64,000 bases of DNA from Escherichia coli (GTDB lineage: Bacteria; Pseudomonadota; Gammaproteobacteria; Enterobacterales; Enterobacteriaceae): NCBI RefSeq assembly GCF_048403405.1, contig NZ_CP183129.1. One strand, written 5' to 3'. Of this stretch, positions 8,780-18,422 are shown in pieces (the stretch's first letter is position 1; every line of letters begins with the position of its first letter). Position numbers and translations under genes: made by a program. The notes beneath the pieces were generated by a model that saw nothing but the letters and a program-made list of their open reading frames with translations, was not told the DNA's origin and made no database searches.

Positions 8780-9101
8780 AACGCTGAGAGCACTTAGCCT
8801 GTTAAGGCGCCACACTTTGTCGCGGCTCCATAAATGCTCTCATCGTTGCACCCTCGTCTCTTCCGAGGCGTCACACCGAATCGCCGGGATGGTGAATCCC
8901 CGTGCGCGGAATAAAACCGCTCGACTTGCACATTCCGGCTACCTGGTTCGTTTGCCCGAGCAAGTGAGGGTGCCCCTTAAACGTATCCAGACCGCTATCG
9001 ACGCATGTGCCATACACCGTACTGCTCAAAATAAAAGCTCACCCCACCTGTTCAATTTAACGACAAGCCAGTCAGGTTAATAACCGGAATGAACTCTTTA
9101 C

Positions 9102-9116
9102 TTACCTGAAGGGTAA
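9102..9116. promoter_or_regulatory. Palindrome TTACC-TGAAG-GGTAA (operator-like site 4) upstream of the head-gene operon
   Basis: 15-bp palindrome about 45 nt upstream of TATGTGGTT-N5-GGTAATA and the 9206 start. Confidence 0.45.
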
Positions 9117-9205
9117 TAATTGTGCGTTAAATGTCAACCACCTACGATAAATAAATCATATGTGGTTAAATTGGTAATAATTTAATTGCGTACGGAGTCA
9201 TTGAT

Positions 9206-9412
9206 ATGTGCATGGGTAGCTCACCATCAGTGCCTGCAACACCAGAAGTTCAGGCAGCACCACAGGAGCAGGATGCCGCCGTTGTTGATGCCCGCGACGA
9301 AGAAACACGTCGCCGTCGCGCTGCTGCTGGTCGTAGTTCTACGCTGCTTACCGGTTCTCAGGGCGACACATCAACCGCTAATACCAGCGGTAAAACGCTG
9401 CTTGGTCAGTAA
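9206..9412 (+). CDS. Small Pro/Ala/Arg-rich hypothetical protein preceding the portal gene
   Basis: ATG preceded by GGAG; 68 aa; first gene after the promoter-like module. Confidence 0.4.
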   Translation: MCMGSSPSVPATPEVQAAPQEQDAAVVDARDEETRRRRAAAGRSSTLLTGSQGDTSTANTSGKTLLGQ

Positions 9413-9426
9413 CCGGAGTCATTGAA

Positions 9427-11106
9427 ATGGCGGAAACAACTAAAGAGCGATTGAACAAACAGTTCGCACAACTTGAAAGCGAGCGTCAGTCGTTCGAGCC
9501 GCACTGGCGCGAGTTGAGTGATTACATCAACCCGCGTGGTTCCCGCTTTCTGACTTCTGAGGTCAACCGTAACGATCGACGCAATACACGCATTATTGAT
9601 TCGACCGGGACTATGGCGGCGCGCACTCTCGCCAGCGGCATGATGTCAGGCATCACAAGCCCCGCGCGTCCGTGGTTTCGCCTGGCTACGCCTGATCCTG
9701 AAATGATGGATTATGGCCCTGTTAAGTTGTGGCTTGAGGCGGTGCAGAACCGCATGAACGATATGTTCAATAAGTCGAATCTCTATCAGTCGCTGCCGCA
9801 GTTATACGGAAGCCTCGGCACATACAGCACTGGTGCAATGGCAGTGCTGGAGGATGACGAGGACATTATTCGCACAATGCCATTCCCGATAGGCAGTTAC
9901 TACCTAGCTAACTCACCTCGTGGCAGTGTGGACACCTGTTTTCGCAAGTTCTCTATGACTGTTCGTCAGCTTGTTCAGGAGTTCGGGCTAAATAACGTCA
10001 GCGAATCCGTAAAAAGCATGTGGGAAAGCGGAACCTACGAGAAGTGGATTGAAGTGATGCATTCGGTTTACCCGAACATTGACCGCGATACATCGAAGCT
10101 GGATAGCAAGAACAAGCCATTCAAATCGGTTTATTACGAGGTTGGTGGCGATAACGACAAGTTGTTGCGTGAGTCCGGATTCGATGAGTTTCCAATTATG
10201 GCTCCGCGCTGGGAAGTTAACGGCGAAGATGTTTATGGATCATCATGCCCGGGTATGCTGGCGCTTGGACCTGTTAAGGCATTGCAGCTTCTCCAGAAGC
10301 GCAAGTCGCAGATCATCGACAAAGTGACAAACCCTCCGATGGTTGCCCCTACCACTCTCAGAACACAGAGTGTTTCGTTACTTCCTGGTGGCGTCACATA
10401 CGTAGATCAACTGACTGGACAGGAAGGATTAAGGCCTGTTTATCAGGTTAACCCTAACACTGCGGATTTAATCAGCGACATCCAAGATACGCGGCAGACC
10501 ATCAACAGCGCCTACTTTGTCGATCTGTTCATGATGTTGCAGAACATCAATACCCGCTCGATGCCTGTTGAAGCGGTGATCGAAATGAAAGAAGAAAAAC
10601 TTCTGATGTTGGGGCCGGTTCTGGAGCGTCTGAACGACGAATGTCTTAATCCTCTCATTGACCGCGCTTTCTCGATGATGGTGCGTAAAAACATGCTGCC
10701 GCCACCGCCTGACGCGATGGAAGGCATGCCCCTGAAGGTCGAATACATTTCCGTCATGGCTCAGGCGCAGAAGTCTATCGGCCTGTCCAGTCTGGCGTCC
10801 ACGGTTAACTTCATTGGTCAACTTGCGCAAGCGAAACCAGAAGCTCTCGACAAACTCAATGTTGATCAGGCGATCGATGCATTCGCTGATATGTCCGGAG
10901 TGTCTCCAACCGTCATTGTTCCGCAGGAACAGGTTGAGCAGGCTCGCCAGCAACGGGCACAGCAGCAACAGCAGCAACAAATGATGGCGATGGGAATGGA
11001 GGCGGCACAGGGCGCCAAGACGCTAAGCGAAGCTAAAACTTCGGATCCGAGTGTTTTGTCAGCTATGGCGAATGCAGTTAGTGGTCAGGGTGGGCAATCA
11101 CAATGA
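9427..11106 (+). CDS. Portal (head-tail connector) protein, T7 gp8-like
   Basis: 559 aa, podovirus connector-like size and sequence character; position between terminase and scaffold/capsid. Confidence 0.75.
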   Translation: MAETTKERLNKQFAQLESERQSFEPHWRELSDYINPRGSRFLTSEVNRNDRRNTRIIDSTGTMAARTLASGMMSGITSPARPWFRLATPDPEMMDYGPVKLWLEAVQNRMNDMFNKSNLYQSLPQLYGSLGTYSTGAMAVLEDDEDIIRTMPFPIGSYYLANSPRGSVDTCFRKFSMTVRQLVQEFGLNNVSESVKSMWESGTYEKWIEVMHSVYPNIDRDTSKLDSKNKPFKSVYYEVGGDNDKLLRESGFDEFPIMAPRWEVNGEDVYGSSCPGMLALGPVKALQLLQKRKSQIIDKVTNPPMVAPTTLRTQSVSLLPGGVTYVDQLTGQEGLRPVYQVNPNTADLISDIQDTRQTINSAYFVDLFMMLQNINTRSMPVEAVIEMKEEKLLMLGPVLERLNDECLNPLIDRAFSMMVRKNMLPPPPDAMEGMPLKVEYISVMAQAQKSIGLSSLASTVNFIGQLAQAKPEALDKLNVDQAIDAFADMSGVSPTVIVPQEQVEQARQQRAQQQQQQQMMAMGMEAAQGAKTLSEAKTSDPSVLSAMANAVSGQGGQSQ

Positions 11107-11399
11107 CAGATTACGAAGATGATCAACTGAAAGAAGAAAACGCCCGTAAGCAACGTGACATGGCACAGCGTGAAATTGATGACATTCGCTTTGTCATGAG
11201 CAGTGAACAGGGGCGTCGCGTTGTCTGGTCGGTGCTGGAGAAAGGCCGTGTGTTTTCCGCTATCTCACCGATGGACGCTATGGCAATGGCATTTAATGAG
11301 GGGCAACGCAATCTGGCGCTGGAACTGTTTCAGCGCGTTATGGCGCATTGCCCTGAACAGTATTTGAAGATGGCCAAAGAGGCCAGTGAACAGGAGTGA
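11103..11399 (+). CDS. Hypothetical head-assembly-region protein
   Basis: 98-aa acidic ORF translationally coupled to the portal gene (ATGA overlap). Confidence 0.4.
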   Translation: MTDYEDDQLKEENARKQRDMAQREIDDIRFVMSSEQGRRVVWSVLEKGRVFSAISPMDAMAMAFNEGQRNLALELFQRVMAHCPEQYLKMAKEASEQE

Positions 11400-11401
11400 T
11401 C

Positions 11402-12097
11402 ATGAATTTATTTGAGCGTTTGCTGTATCGCCGTCTTTGCAATGAGCAACCAGTCGATGGTGGAGCAGCTCCGGCTGCGTCAGAACCGTCAGCGCCTGCA
11501 GGTGATAACCCTGCTCCAGTTGGTGATCCATCACAACCGGAAGGTGATAAGCCACAACCTGTTGCTGATGGCGATAAACCTGCTGATGACAAAAAGCCTG
11601 AAAACGATAAGCAGGATGAAAAAAAGGACGGCGATAAACCAGAGGGTGCGCCTGAGAAGTACGAGTTTCAGGCTGCCGAAGGCGTAGAGCTGGATACAGA
11701 AGCGTTGAAGGAATTCGAGCCGGTGGCGCGAGAACTAAACCTGACCAACGAGCAAGCGCAAAAGCTGGTTGATGCTTATCCGAAGATTCTGGCAGGTGTT
11801 CAGCAGCGCCAGGCAGAAGCCTGGCAGAAAACAACCGAGCAGTGGGCTGCGGATGTAAAAGCTGACAAAGAAATCGGTGGCGACAAGTTGATTTCTAACC
11901 TTAGCGCCGCACAGCGTGCGCTTGACCAGTTCGGGACACCTGAACTCAAAGAATATCTGAACACCACCGGGCTGGGTAATCACCCTGATCTGGTCAAAAC
12001 GTTCGTGAAAATCGGAAAGGCGATGTCTGAAGATGGCATGGTCACCGGTGGTAATGAAGGCCAGCGTAGTGCGGCCGAAGTGCTCTATGGCAAATAA
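11402..12097 (+). CDS. Scaffolding protein
   Basis: Highly charged low-complexity N-terminal half (DKP/EDK repeats) and helical C-terminal half; between portal and capsid; ATG after AGGAG. Confidence 0.55.
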   Translation: MNLFERLLYRRLCNEQPVDGGAAPAASEPSAPAGDNPAPVGDPSQPEGDKPQPVADGDKPADDKKPENDKQDEKKDGDKPEGAPEKYEFQAAEGVELDTEALKEFEPVARELNLTNEQAQKLVDAYPKILAGVQQRQAEAWQKTTEQWAADVKADKEIGGDKLISNLSAAQRALDQFGTPELKEYLNTTGLGNHPDLVKTFVKIGKAMSEDGMVTGGNEGQRSAAEVLYGK

Positions 12098-12105
12098 GAG
12101 AGGAA

Positions 12106-13098
12106 ATGACAATGGCTGTTAAAGGCTTAACTGCGCTAACGCTGGCTGACTGGGGTAAGCGCGTCGATCCAAACGGGAAAGTCGATAAGATTATCGAGCT
12201 TCTCGGTCAAACTAACCCGATCCTTCAGGATATGCCTTTTGTCGAAGGGAACCTTCCTACCGGACACCGAACCACCATTCGTTCTGGTTTACCTTCAGCT
12301 ACCTGGCGTTTGCTGAACTATGGTGTACAGCCAAGCAAATCAACCACAGTGCAGGTCACCGATTCCGTTGGCATGCTGGAAACCTATGCTGAAGTCGATA
12401 AGTCACTGGCTGATCTGAACGGTAATACCGCCGAATTCCGCCTGTCTGAAGACCGCGCATTTATTGAAGCGATGAATCAGCAGATGGCGCAGACACTGTT
12501 TTATGGTGATTCCAGCGTTAACCCTCAGCAGTTTATGGGACTGTCCTCCCGCTATTCCAGCCTGTCTGCGGGTAATGCTCAGAACATCATTGATGCTGGT
12601 GGCACGGGTACAGATAACACCTCAATCTGGTTAGTGGTGTGGGGCGAAAACACCGTGCATGGCATCTTCCCGAAAGGGCAGAAGGCTGGCATCCAGATGG
12701 AAGATAAAGGCCAGGTGACACTGGAAGATGCGAATGGCGGCAAGTACGAAGGCTACCGTACCCATTACAAATGGGACAACGGACTTGCTCTGCGTGACTG
12801 GCGTTATGTTGTTCGCATTGCAAACATCTATGTCAGCAATCTTTCAGAACCTTCCTCTGCCGCAAATATTGCGAAGTTGATGGTTAAAGCACTGCATCGC
12901 ATTCCAAATCGTGGCATGGGTCGCCCGGTGTTCTACATGAACCGCACTGTAGGCCAGGCTCTTGATCTGCAATCTCTGGAGAAAACATCTCTGGCGATCA
13001 GCGTAAAAGAGACAGAAGGCGAGTGGTGGACTTCATTCCGTGGTGTACCAATCCGTGAAACTGATGCGCTTCTGGAAACAGAAGCCCGCGTGGTGTAA
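12106..13098 (+). CDS. Major capsid protein
   Basis: 330 aa, T7 gp10-like size and position after the scaffold; strong RBS AGAGAGGAA. Confidence 0.75.
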   Translation: MTMAVKGLTALTLADWGKRVDPNGKVDKIIELLGQTNPILQDMPFVEGNLPTGHRTTIRSGLPSATWRLLNYGVQPSKSTTVQVTDSVGMLETYAEVDKSLADLNGNTAEFRLSEDRAFIEAMNQQMAQTLFYGDSSVNPQQFMGLSSRYSSLSAGNAQNIIDAGGTGTDNTSIWLVVWGENTVHGIFPKGQKAGIQMEDKGQVTLEDANGGKYEGYRTHYKWDNGLALRDWRYVVRIANIYVSNLSEPSSAANIAKLMVKALHRIPNRGMGRPVFYMNRTVGQALDLQSLEKTSLAISVKETEGEWWTSFRGVPIRETDALLETEARVV

Positions 13099-13149
13099 CG
13101 CCTGTTATTAACCTGTGGGTCGTAACAGACCCACTAATGGAGAAAGAAG

Positions 13150-13587
13150 ATGATCACCGACAAACTGTTGATGTTCTCCGAAGCTCAGGCGGTTACGAAT
13201 ACCGCGGCTTCTACTGACGTAATCGATCTCGGTCCAATTGACGGAAAACGTCGTGATATCGGCGTGGGTTACTCGCTTGAGTTTTGGGCGCTGGTTAACA
13301 CAGCCGCCGCGGCAAGCGGTGATGCAACTGTAAACATCCAGTTGCAGACGAGTGAGAATAACAGCTCTTGGACCACTATTTATGATAGTGGTGCGTTGGC
13401 AAAGGCCACCCTGACAGCAGGTAAGCGAGTTGTTTCTGCAAAGGTGCCAGCCGGTGTTCTGCGATATCTGCGTGTTAACTACTCCGTCGCAACTGGCCCA
13501 CTAACGGCTGGCGAATTCACTGCGGGTATCAGTCTTGATGTTGATGCCAATACGCCGTATCCGATCCGCTCAAAAGTAACTGGTTAA
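13150..13587 (+). CDS. Hypothetical virion protein (possible capsid decoration protein)
   Basis: 145-aa beta-rich ORF directly after the capsid gene. Confidence 0.4.
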   Translation: MITDKLLMFSEAQAVTNTAASTDVIDLGPIDGKRRDIGVGYSLEFWALVNTAAAASGDATVNIQLQTSENNSSWTTIYDSGALAKATLTAGKRVVSAKVPAGVLRYLRVNYSVATGPLTAGEFTAGISLDVDANTPYPIRSKVTG

Positions 13588-13597
13588 GGTGATATCG

Positions 13598-13933
13598 ATG
13601 TCAGGTGAGAAACCAAGATACCGCGTTCTGCGCCTCTCTCATATCCATAACACTCTGTGGCCTGAGGGGGCAGAAATCGAATACGAAGGTGAGCCTGGTA
13701 GCGCACTGGAACCTGTTAACGATGCAGCCAGACAGGCAAAAGCAAATGTAGCAGGAAAGGTGTCTATGGCAGCAACCAGCACCAAAATCATCAACGATGT
13801 GTCAGATGATGGTGAACTGGATAAGCTCCGTGAAGAGTACGAATTGCTCTTTAACGAGAAGCCACACCATAACGCTAAAGCCGAAACGCTCCGCGAGAAG
13901 ATCGCAGATAAGCGTAAAGAACTGGGCGTGTAA
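13598..13933 (+). CDS. Hypothetical protein
   Basis: ATG at 13598 with AAGGTGA upstream (track ORF starts at GTG 13589); followed by a terminator. Confidence 0.4.
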   Translation: MSGEKPRYRVLRLSHIHNTLWPEGAEIEYEGEPGSALEPVNDAARQAKANVAGKVSMAATSTKIINDVSDDGELDKLREEYELLFNEKPHHNAKAETLREKIADKRKELGV

Positions 13934-13950
13934 GCCTCGCGAATCCGACA

Positions 13951-13971
13951 AGGGGCTTCGGCCCCTTTATT
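13951..13971 (+). terminator. Rho-independent terminator
   Basis: AGGGGC-TTCG-GCCCCT followed by TTATT. Confidence 0.5.
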
Positions 13972-13983
13972 GCAGGAGTGTAT

Positions 13984-14307
13984 ATGGAACTCGTAAACCT
14001 CAAAACCGGCACTGACAGCTACCAGGATGAGAGCGGAGAAGCCAGAACTCGTGATGAATACCCGTGGGGGCTGTGCATCACTCTTAATAACGACACATTG
14101 AATAAGCTGAAGGCGCAACCTCAGGGCGTCGGAACAGAAGTGATGATAACTGCAAAGGCTGTTATTCGAGGCCTGTCTGCCAGAGAAACTGACGATGGTG
14201 TTAATCGCAGCGCCGATCTGCAGATCACTGATATGGCGATCGCTCCTGTTTCCGGGGATGTAGAAAAATCAGCGGCTGAAACTCTGTACGGCAATGGGGG
14301 TGAGTAA
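13984..14307 (+). CDS. Hypothetical virion protein
   Basis: ATG after GCAGGAGTG; about 107 aa; coupled to the next gene (ATGA overlap). Confidence 0.4.
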   Translation: MELVNLKTGTDSYQDESGEARTRDEYPWGLCITLNNDTLNKLKAQPQGVGTEVMITAKAVIRGLSARETDDGVNRSADLQITDMAIAPVSGDVEKSAAETLYGNGGE

Positions 14308-14912
14308 TGGCCTCTGTAGTAGAGATCTGCAATCGTGCGCTGTCCAATATTGGCAATAGCCGCAGCATTAACAGCCTGACGGAAGCCAGCAAGGAAGCGG
14401 GGGAATGTTCGCTGCACTTTGAGGCCTGCCGTGATGCTGTGCTTTCTGATTTTGACTGGAACTTTGCTACCAAACGCGTGGCGCTTGCAGATACGAGCAA
14501 TCCACCGCCTGACTGGGAATATGCGTATCAGTACCCGTCCGATTGTCTGCGCATTACTGAAATTATGCTTCCTGGTGTACGCAATCCAACAGCAGCAATG
14601 CGTGTTCAGTACGAAGTTGGTGCAGACACCAACGGAACAGGAAAATTGATCTACACAGACCAGCCGCAGGCATGGCTCAAGTATGTCTCTCGCGTTACAG
14701 ATGTGAACATGTTTGATGCCATTTTTATGGAGGCGTTGGCTTGGCGTCTTGCGGCAGCTATTAACATGGCGCTGACTGGGAATGCAGACCTCGGTACGTT
14801 TGCCCTCAATATGTACAATCGCGTGATTCTTAGTGCTGGCTCGCATAGCCAGAATGAATCACAGGAACCACAGCCACCGGTTGACGAGTTTACCATTGCG
14901 AGGTTGTCCTGA
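14307..14912 (+). CDS. Putative tail adaptor / tubular protein A-like
   Basis: 201 aa, in the position and size of T7 gp11; call by synteny only. Confidence 0.4.
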   Translation: MASVVEICNRALSNIGNSRSINSLTEASKEAGECSLHFEACRDAVLSDFDWNFATKRVALADTSNPPPDWEYAYQYPSDCLRITEIMLPGVRNPTAAMRVQYEVGADTNGTGKLIYTDQPQAWLKYVSRVTDVNMFDAIFMEALAWRLAAAINMALTGNADLGTFALNMYNRVILSAGSHSQNESQEPQPPVDEFTIARLS

Positions 14913-17383
14913 TGGCTATCAGTTGGATCCAGCCCAGCTTTGCCGGTGGTGAGATTGGACCGTCGTTGTACGGTCGTATCGACATGGCGAAGTACCAGGT
15001 GGCATTGCGCAAGTGCGATAACTTTATCGTGCGGCAGTATGGCGGCGTTGAGAATCGACCTGGTACGCGTTTTATCGGTGCCGCCAAATACCCAAATCGG
15101 AAATGCCGCCTGATCCCGTTCCAGTTCTCGACGGTTCAGACCTATGCTCTGGAGTTCGGGCACCAGTACATGCGCGTTATCAAAGATGGTGCGTTGGTGC
15201 TGAACAGCAGCAATGTTATTTATGAAATTGCCACGCCATATACTGAAGCCGATCTGTTCCGAATTAAATTCACGCAAAGCGCCGACGTGCTTACGCTGGT
15301 TCACCCGGCATACCCGCCGAAAGAGTTGCGCCGCTACGCGCATGACAACTGGCAACTGGTTGATGTGGTAACGAAGAACGGGCCATTTGAAGATATCAAT
15401 ATTGACGAGTCAGTGACGGTTTATGCCAGCGCCAGCACCGGGGCAATTACGTTAACGGCAAGCGCCTCTATTTTTGGCGCGGAGCAGGTAGGCAAATTGT
15501 TCTATCTGGAACAGCCTGCAGTGGATTCAGTGCCGGTATGGGAAACCAGTAAGAGTACGTCGATTGGCGATATTCGCCGTGCAGGCAGTAACTACTATCG
15601 CGCCGTTACAGCAGGCAAAACAGGCACTTTGCGCCCTTCGCATACAGAAGGCACATCATGGGATGGCTGGGGCGGATCCGGTGATGATGATACTGGCATT
15701 GAGTGGGAGTATCTGCACAGTGGGTTTGGCATTGCCCGTATCACTGCTGTAAACGGCACTACTGCAACTGCCGAGGTGATTTCCTATATCCCTTCGCAGG
15801 TCGTTGGCGAGGATAATGCCAGCTATAAATGGGCTAAATATGCCTGGAACAGTGTTAATGGTTATCCTGGCACTGTTGTTTATTATCAACAACGTCTTTA
15901 CTTCGCCGCATCGACTGCGTTCCCTCAGACTATCTGGACCAGCCGTACCGGGGATTATAAGGATTTTGGCAAAAGCAATCCTACGCAGGATAACGACAGA
16001 ATTATCTACACCTATGCCGGGCGTCAGGTTAATGAGATCCGCCACCTGATTGATGTTGGTTCGCTGGTGGCGCTGACTTCCGGAGGTGAGTACGTCATCA
16101 CCGGCGACCAGAACAAAGTGTTAACCCCATCATCATTTGCATTCAGCTCTCAGGGGTCAAATGGCTCAAGCAACGTCCCACCAATTGCTGTGGCGAATAT
16201 TGCTCTGTTCGTCCAGGAGAAAGGCAGTGTTGTCCGTGATCTGGCCTACTCATTCGATGTTGACGGCTATCAGGGGAACGACCTTACTATCCTTGCCAAT
16301 CATCTTTTTCAGAAGCACAGCATTGTTGACTGGTGCTTCTCGATTGTCCCTTACTCCAGCGCATTCTGCATTCGTGATGACGGTAAATTATTGGTAATGA
16401 CCTATCTGCGTGATCAGCAGGTTTTCGCATGGGCACCACAATCCAGTACCGGAAAATATGAAAGCACATGCAGTATCAGCGAAGGCAATGAAGATGCGGT
16501 GTATTTCGTCGTTAACCGAACCGTTAACGGGCAAACAGTGAGATACATCGAGAGACTGTCCAGCCGTTTATTTACCAGCGATGAAGATGCTTTCTTTGTT
16601 GATTCTGGCCTTAGCTATGATGGAAGAAATACGTCTGACAGAACGATGATCATCACTGGTGGTTCTGGCGAATGGGATTACCGCGCGGAATATACAATCA
16701 GTGTTTCTGGTGGTGCGTACTTCACCAGTAGTGATGTCGGCGCGCAACTACAGTTCCCTTATACCGGAACGGATCCTGATACTGGCGATGAAGTGTCAAA
16801 AGAATTACGTTGCGACATTATTTCTGTAACCAGCAATACCGCTGTAGTGGTTCGTCCTAACAGGAACGTCCCGCCATCCCTCAGGAATGTGGCCACCACG
16901 AACTGGCAGATGGCGCGCCGGGCATTTGGCGGCTTGTCTCATCTTGAAGGTCAGACCGTAAACATTCTCTCTGATGCGAACGTGGAACCACAGAAAGTGG
17001 TTTCCGGAGGTGCCGTCACGCTGGAATCTCCGGGGGCTGTAGTGCACATCGGCCTGCCAATAACTGCTGAATTCGAAACACTGGATATCAACATTAACGG
17101 ACAGGAAACGCTGCTGGACAAAAAACAGGTGATCCCCTCCGTTACTCTGGTTGTGAATGCCAGTCGCGGCATCTGGGCGACTACGCCCGGCGGTAAATGG
17201 TACGAATATCCACAGCGTGAATTCGAGTTCTACGATGATCCTGTTGATGATGCTACCGGAAAAGTAGAAGTGAAACTGGACAGTAACTGGGGCAAAAACG
17301 GACGTGTAAAAATCCGTCAGCTTGATCCGTTGCCGCTGTCTGTTCTTGCCGTTATTCCTCGCCTTACTGTTGGGGGATTCTGA
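14912..17383 (+). CDS. Putative tail tubular protein B-like (nozzle)
   Basis: 823 aa, in the position and size of T7 gp12; call by synteny only. Confidence 0.45.
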   Translation: MAISWIQPSFAGGEIGPSLYGRIDMAKYQVALRKCDNFIVRQYGGVENRPGTRFIGAAKYPNRKCRLIPFQFSTVQTYALEFGHQYMRVIKDGALVLNSSNVIYEIATPYTEADLFRIKFTQSADVLTLVHPAYPPKELRRYAHDNWQLVDVVTKNGPFEDINIDESVTVYASASTGAITLTASASIFGAEQVGKLFYLEQPAVDSVPVWETSKSTSIGDIRRAGSNYYRAVTAGKTGTLRPSHTEGTSWDGWGGSGDDDTGIEWEYLHSGFGIARITAVNGTTATAEVISYIPSQVVGEDNASYKWAKYAWNSVNGYPGTVVYYQQRLYFAASTAFPQTIWTSRTGDYKDFGKSNPTQDNDRIIYTYAGRQVNEIRHLIDVGSLVALTSGGEYVITGDQNKVLTPSSFAFSSQGSNGSSNVPPIAVANIALFVQEKGSVVRDLAYSFDVDGYQGNDLTILANHLFQKHSIVDWCFSIVPYSSAFCIRDDGKLLVMTYLRDQQVFAWAPQSSTGKYESTCSISEGNEDAVYFVVNRTVNGQTVRYIERLSSRLFTSDEDAFFVDSGLSYDGRNTSDRTMIITGGSGEWDYRAEYTISVSGGAYFTSSDVGAQLQFPYTGTDPDTGDEVSKELRCDIISVTSNTAVVVRPNRNVPPSLRNVATTNWQMARRAFGGLSHLEGQTVNILSDANVEPQKVVSGGAVTLESPGAVVHIGLPITAEFETLDININGQETLLDKKQVIPSVTLVVNASRGIWATTPGGKWYEYPQREFEFYDDPVDDATGKVEVKLDSNWGKNGRVKIRQLDPLPLSVLAVIPRLTVGGF

Positions 17384-17847
17384 TGATCGACGTTCAAATT
17401 ATTCCCGCTACCGAAGAGCATCTTCAGATGATTTTGCCGGATGTTCGTCAGGCTGATATTGACGAACTGTATGCGGTATCGCTGATGACTACCGAAGATG
17501 CGCTGCGTGTTGGTCTGCGTACTGCGACTATGGCCTGGTCAGGATTTGCGAACGGAGAACTGGTAACCATGTTTGGCGTATCTCCGGCGTCAATGATCGG
17601 TGGCAATGGTACGCCCTGGCTGGTAGGAACCAGCCGTATTGAAAAATATCAGAAGACATTTCTTCGCCACTGCCGCCCTGTATTGCAGCAGATGCTGGCA
17701 GTTTATCCGCGCCTGGAAAACTACGTCGACGAGCGAAACCATGTTGCCAAAGCATGGCTGCACTGGCTTGGATTCAGGCTTGAAGAAGCCGCGCCTTATG
17801 GTGCTCTTGGTCTTAATTTCCACAGATTTCACATGGAGAGAAAATAA
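17383..17847 (+). CDS. Hypothetical internal virion protein (T7 gp13 position)
   Basis: 154 aa, translationally coupled. Confidence 0.35.
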   Translation: MIDVQIIPATEEHLQMILPDVRQADIDELYAVSLMTTEDALRVGLRTATMAWSGFANGELVTMFGVSPASMIGGNGTPWLVGTSRIEKYQKTFLRHCRPVLQQMLAVYPRLENYVDERNHVAKAWLHWLGFRLEEAAPYGALGLNFHRFHMERK

Positions 17848-18422
17848 TGTGCGATCCGGTTATTGCTGGTGGCGCAATGCTCGCCATGAGTGGCATTCAG
17901 GCATACACCCAGTACCAACAGGGAAAGTATGCCTCGAAGGTTGCAGAAGCGAACGCAGATATAGCCACAGCTCAGGCAAATGATGCAATAAACAGAGGTA
18001 ACGCTGAAGCTGAGCAACGACGCAGAGAGACCCGACAGCGGCTTGGTACACAGGCGGCGACAATGGGGGCTACCGGCGCTGATTTATCTACAGGTAACGC
18101 GCTGGATATATTTGGCGACACTGCCCAGTTTGGCGCTCTTGATTCGCTGACGACGGTGAATAACGCGCAACGCGAGGCTTACGGTTATCAGGTTCAGGCT
18201 GCCAACTATAAAGCAGAAGCCAGTTCAGCCCGTAAACAGGGGAATGTAGGAGCAGCAACAACATTGCTCACTGCGCCTCTGAAGGCATACGGTGCGTACC
18301 AGATGTTTGGTGGGACGTGGAGTCCGTTCTCTAAAGGAAGTACATCTAGTGGTGGGACGCCAATGTTATCTAACTCAGGTTTTATGAATTCTGACTCCCG
18401 ATTCAAAATAGGAGGTTACTGA
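17847..18422 (+). CDS. Internal virion protein (T7 gp14-like)
   Basis: 191 aa, Ala/Gln-rich helical protein in the gp14 position. Confidence 0.4.
   Translation: MCDPVIAGGAMLAMSGIQAYTQYQQGKYASKVAEANADIATAQANDAINRGNAEAEQRRRETRQRLGTQAATMGATGADLSTGNALDIFGDTAQFGALDSLTTVNNAQREAYGYQVQAANYKAEASSARKQGNVGAATTLLTAPLKAYGAYQMFGGTWSPFSKGSTSSGGTPMLSNSGFMNSDSRFKIGGY

Noticed and set aside
8540-9060. Possible second tRNA or structured RNA gene flanking tRNA-Arg
   Set aside because: No T-loop (GGTTCGAAT-like) or cloverleaf could be folded by hand on either strand; only generic hairpins, kept as an sRNA hypothesis in the findings
8817-9080. 87-aa plus-strand ORF in the region upstream of the tRNA
   Set aside because: No RBS, basic low-complexity translation, lies in a promoter/operator region; more likely non-coding
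9186-9425. Alternative 79-aa ORF overlapping the small gene before the portal
   Set aside because: Different frame of the same region without an RBS; the 9206 frame has GGAG at proper spacing
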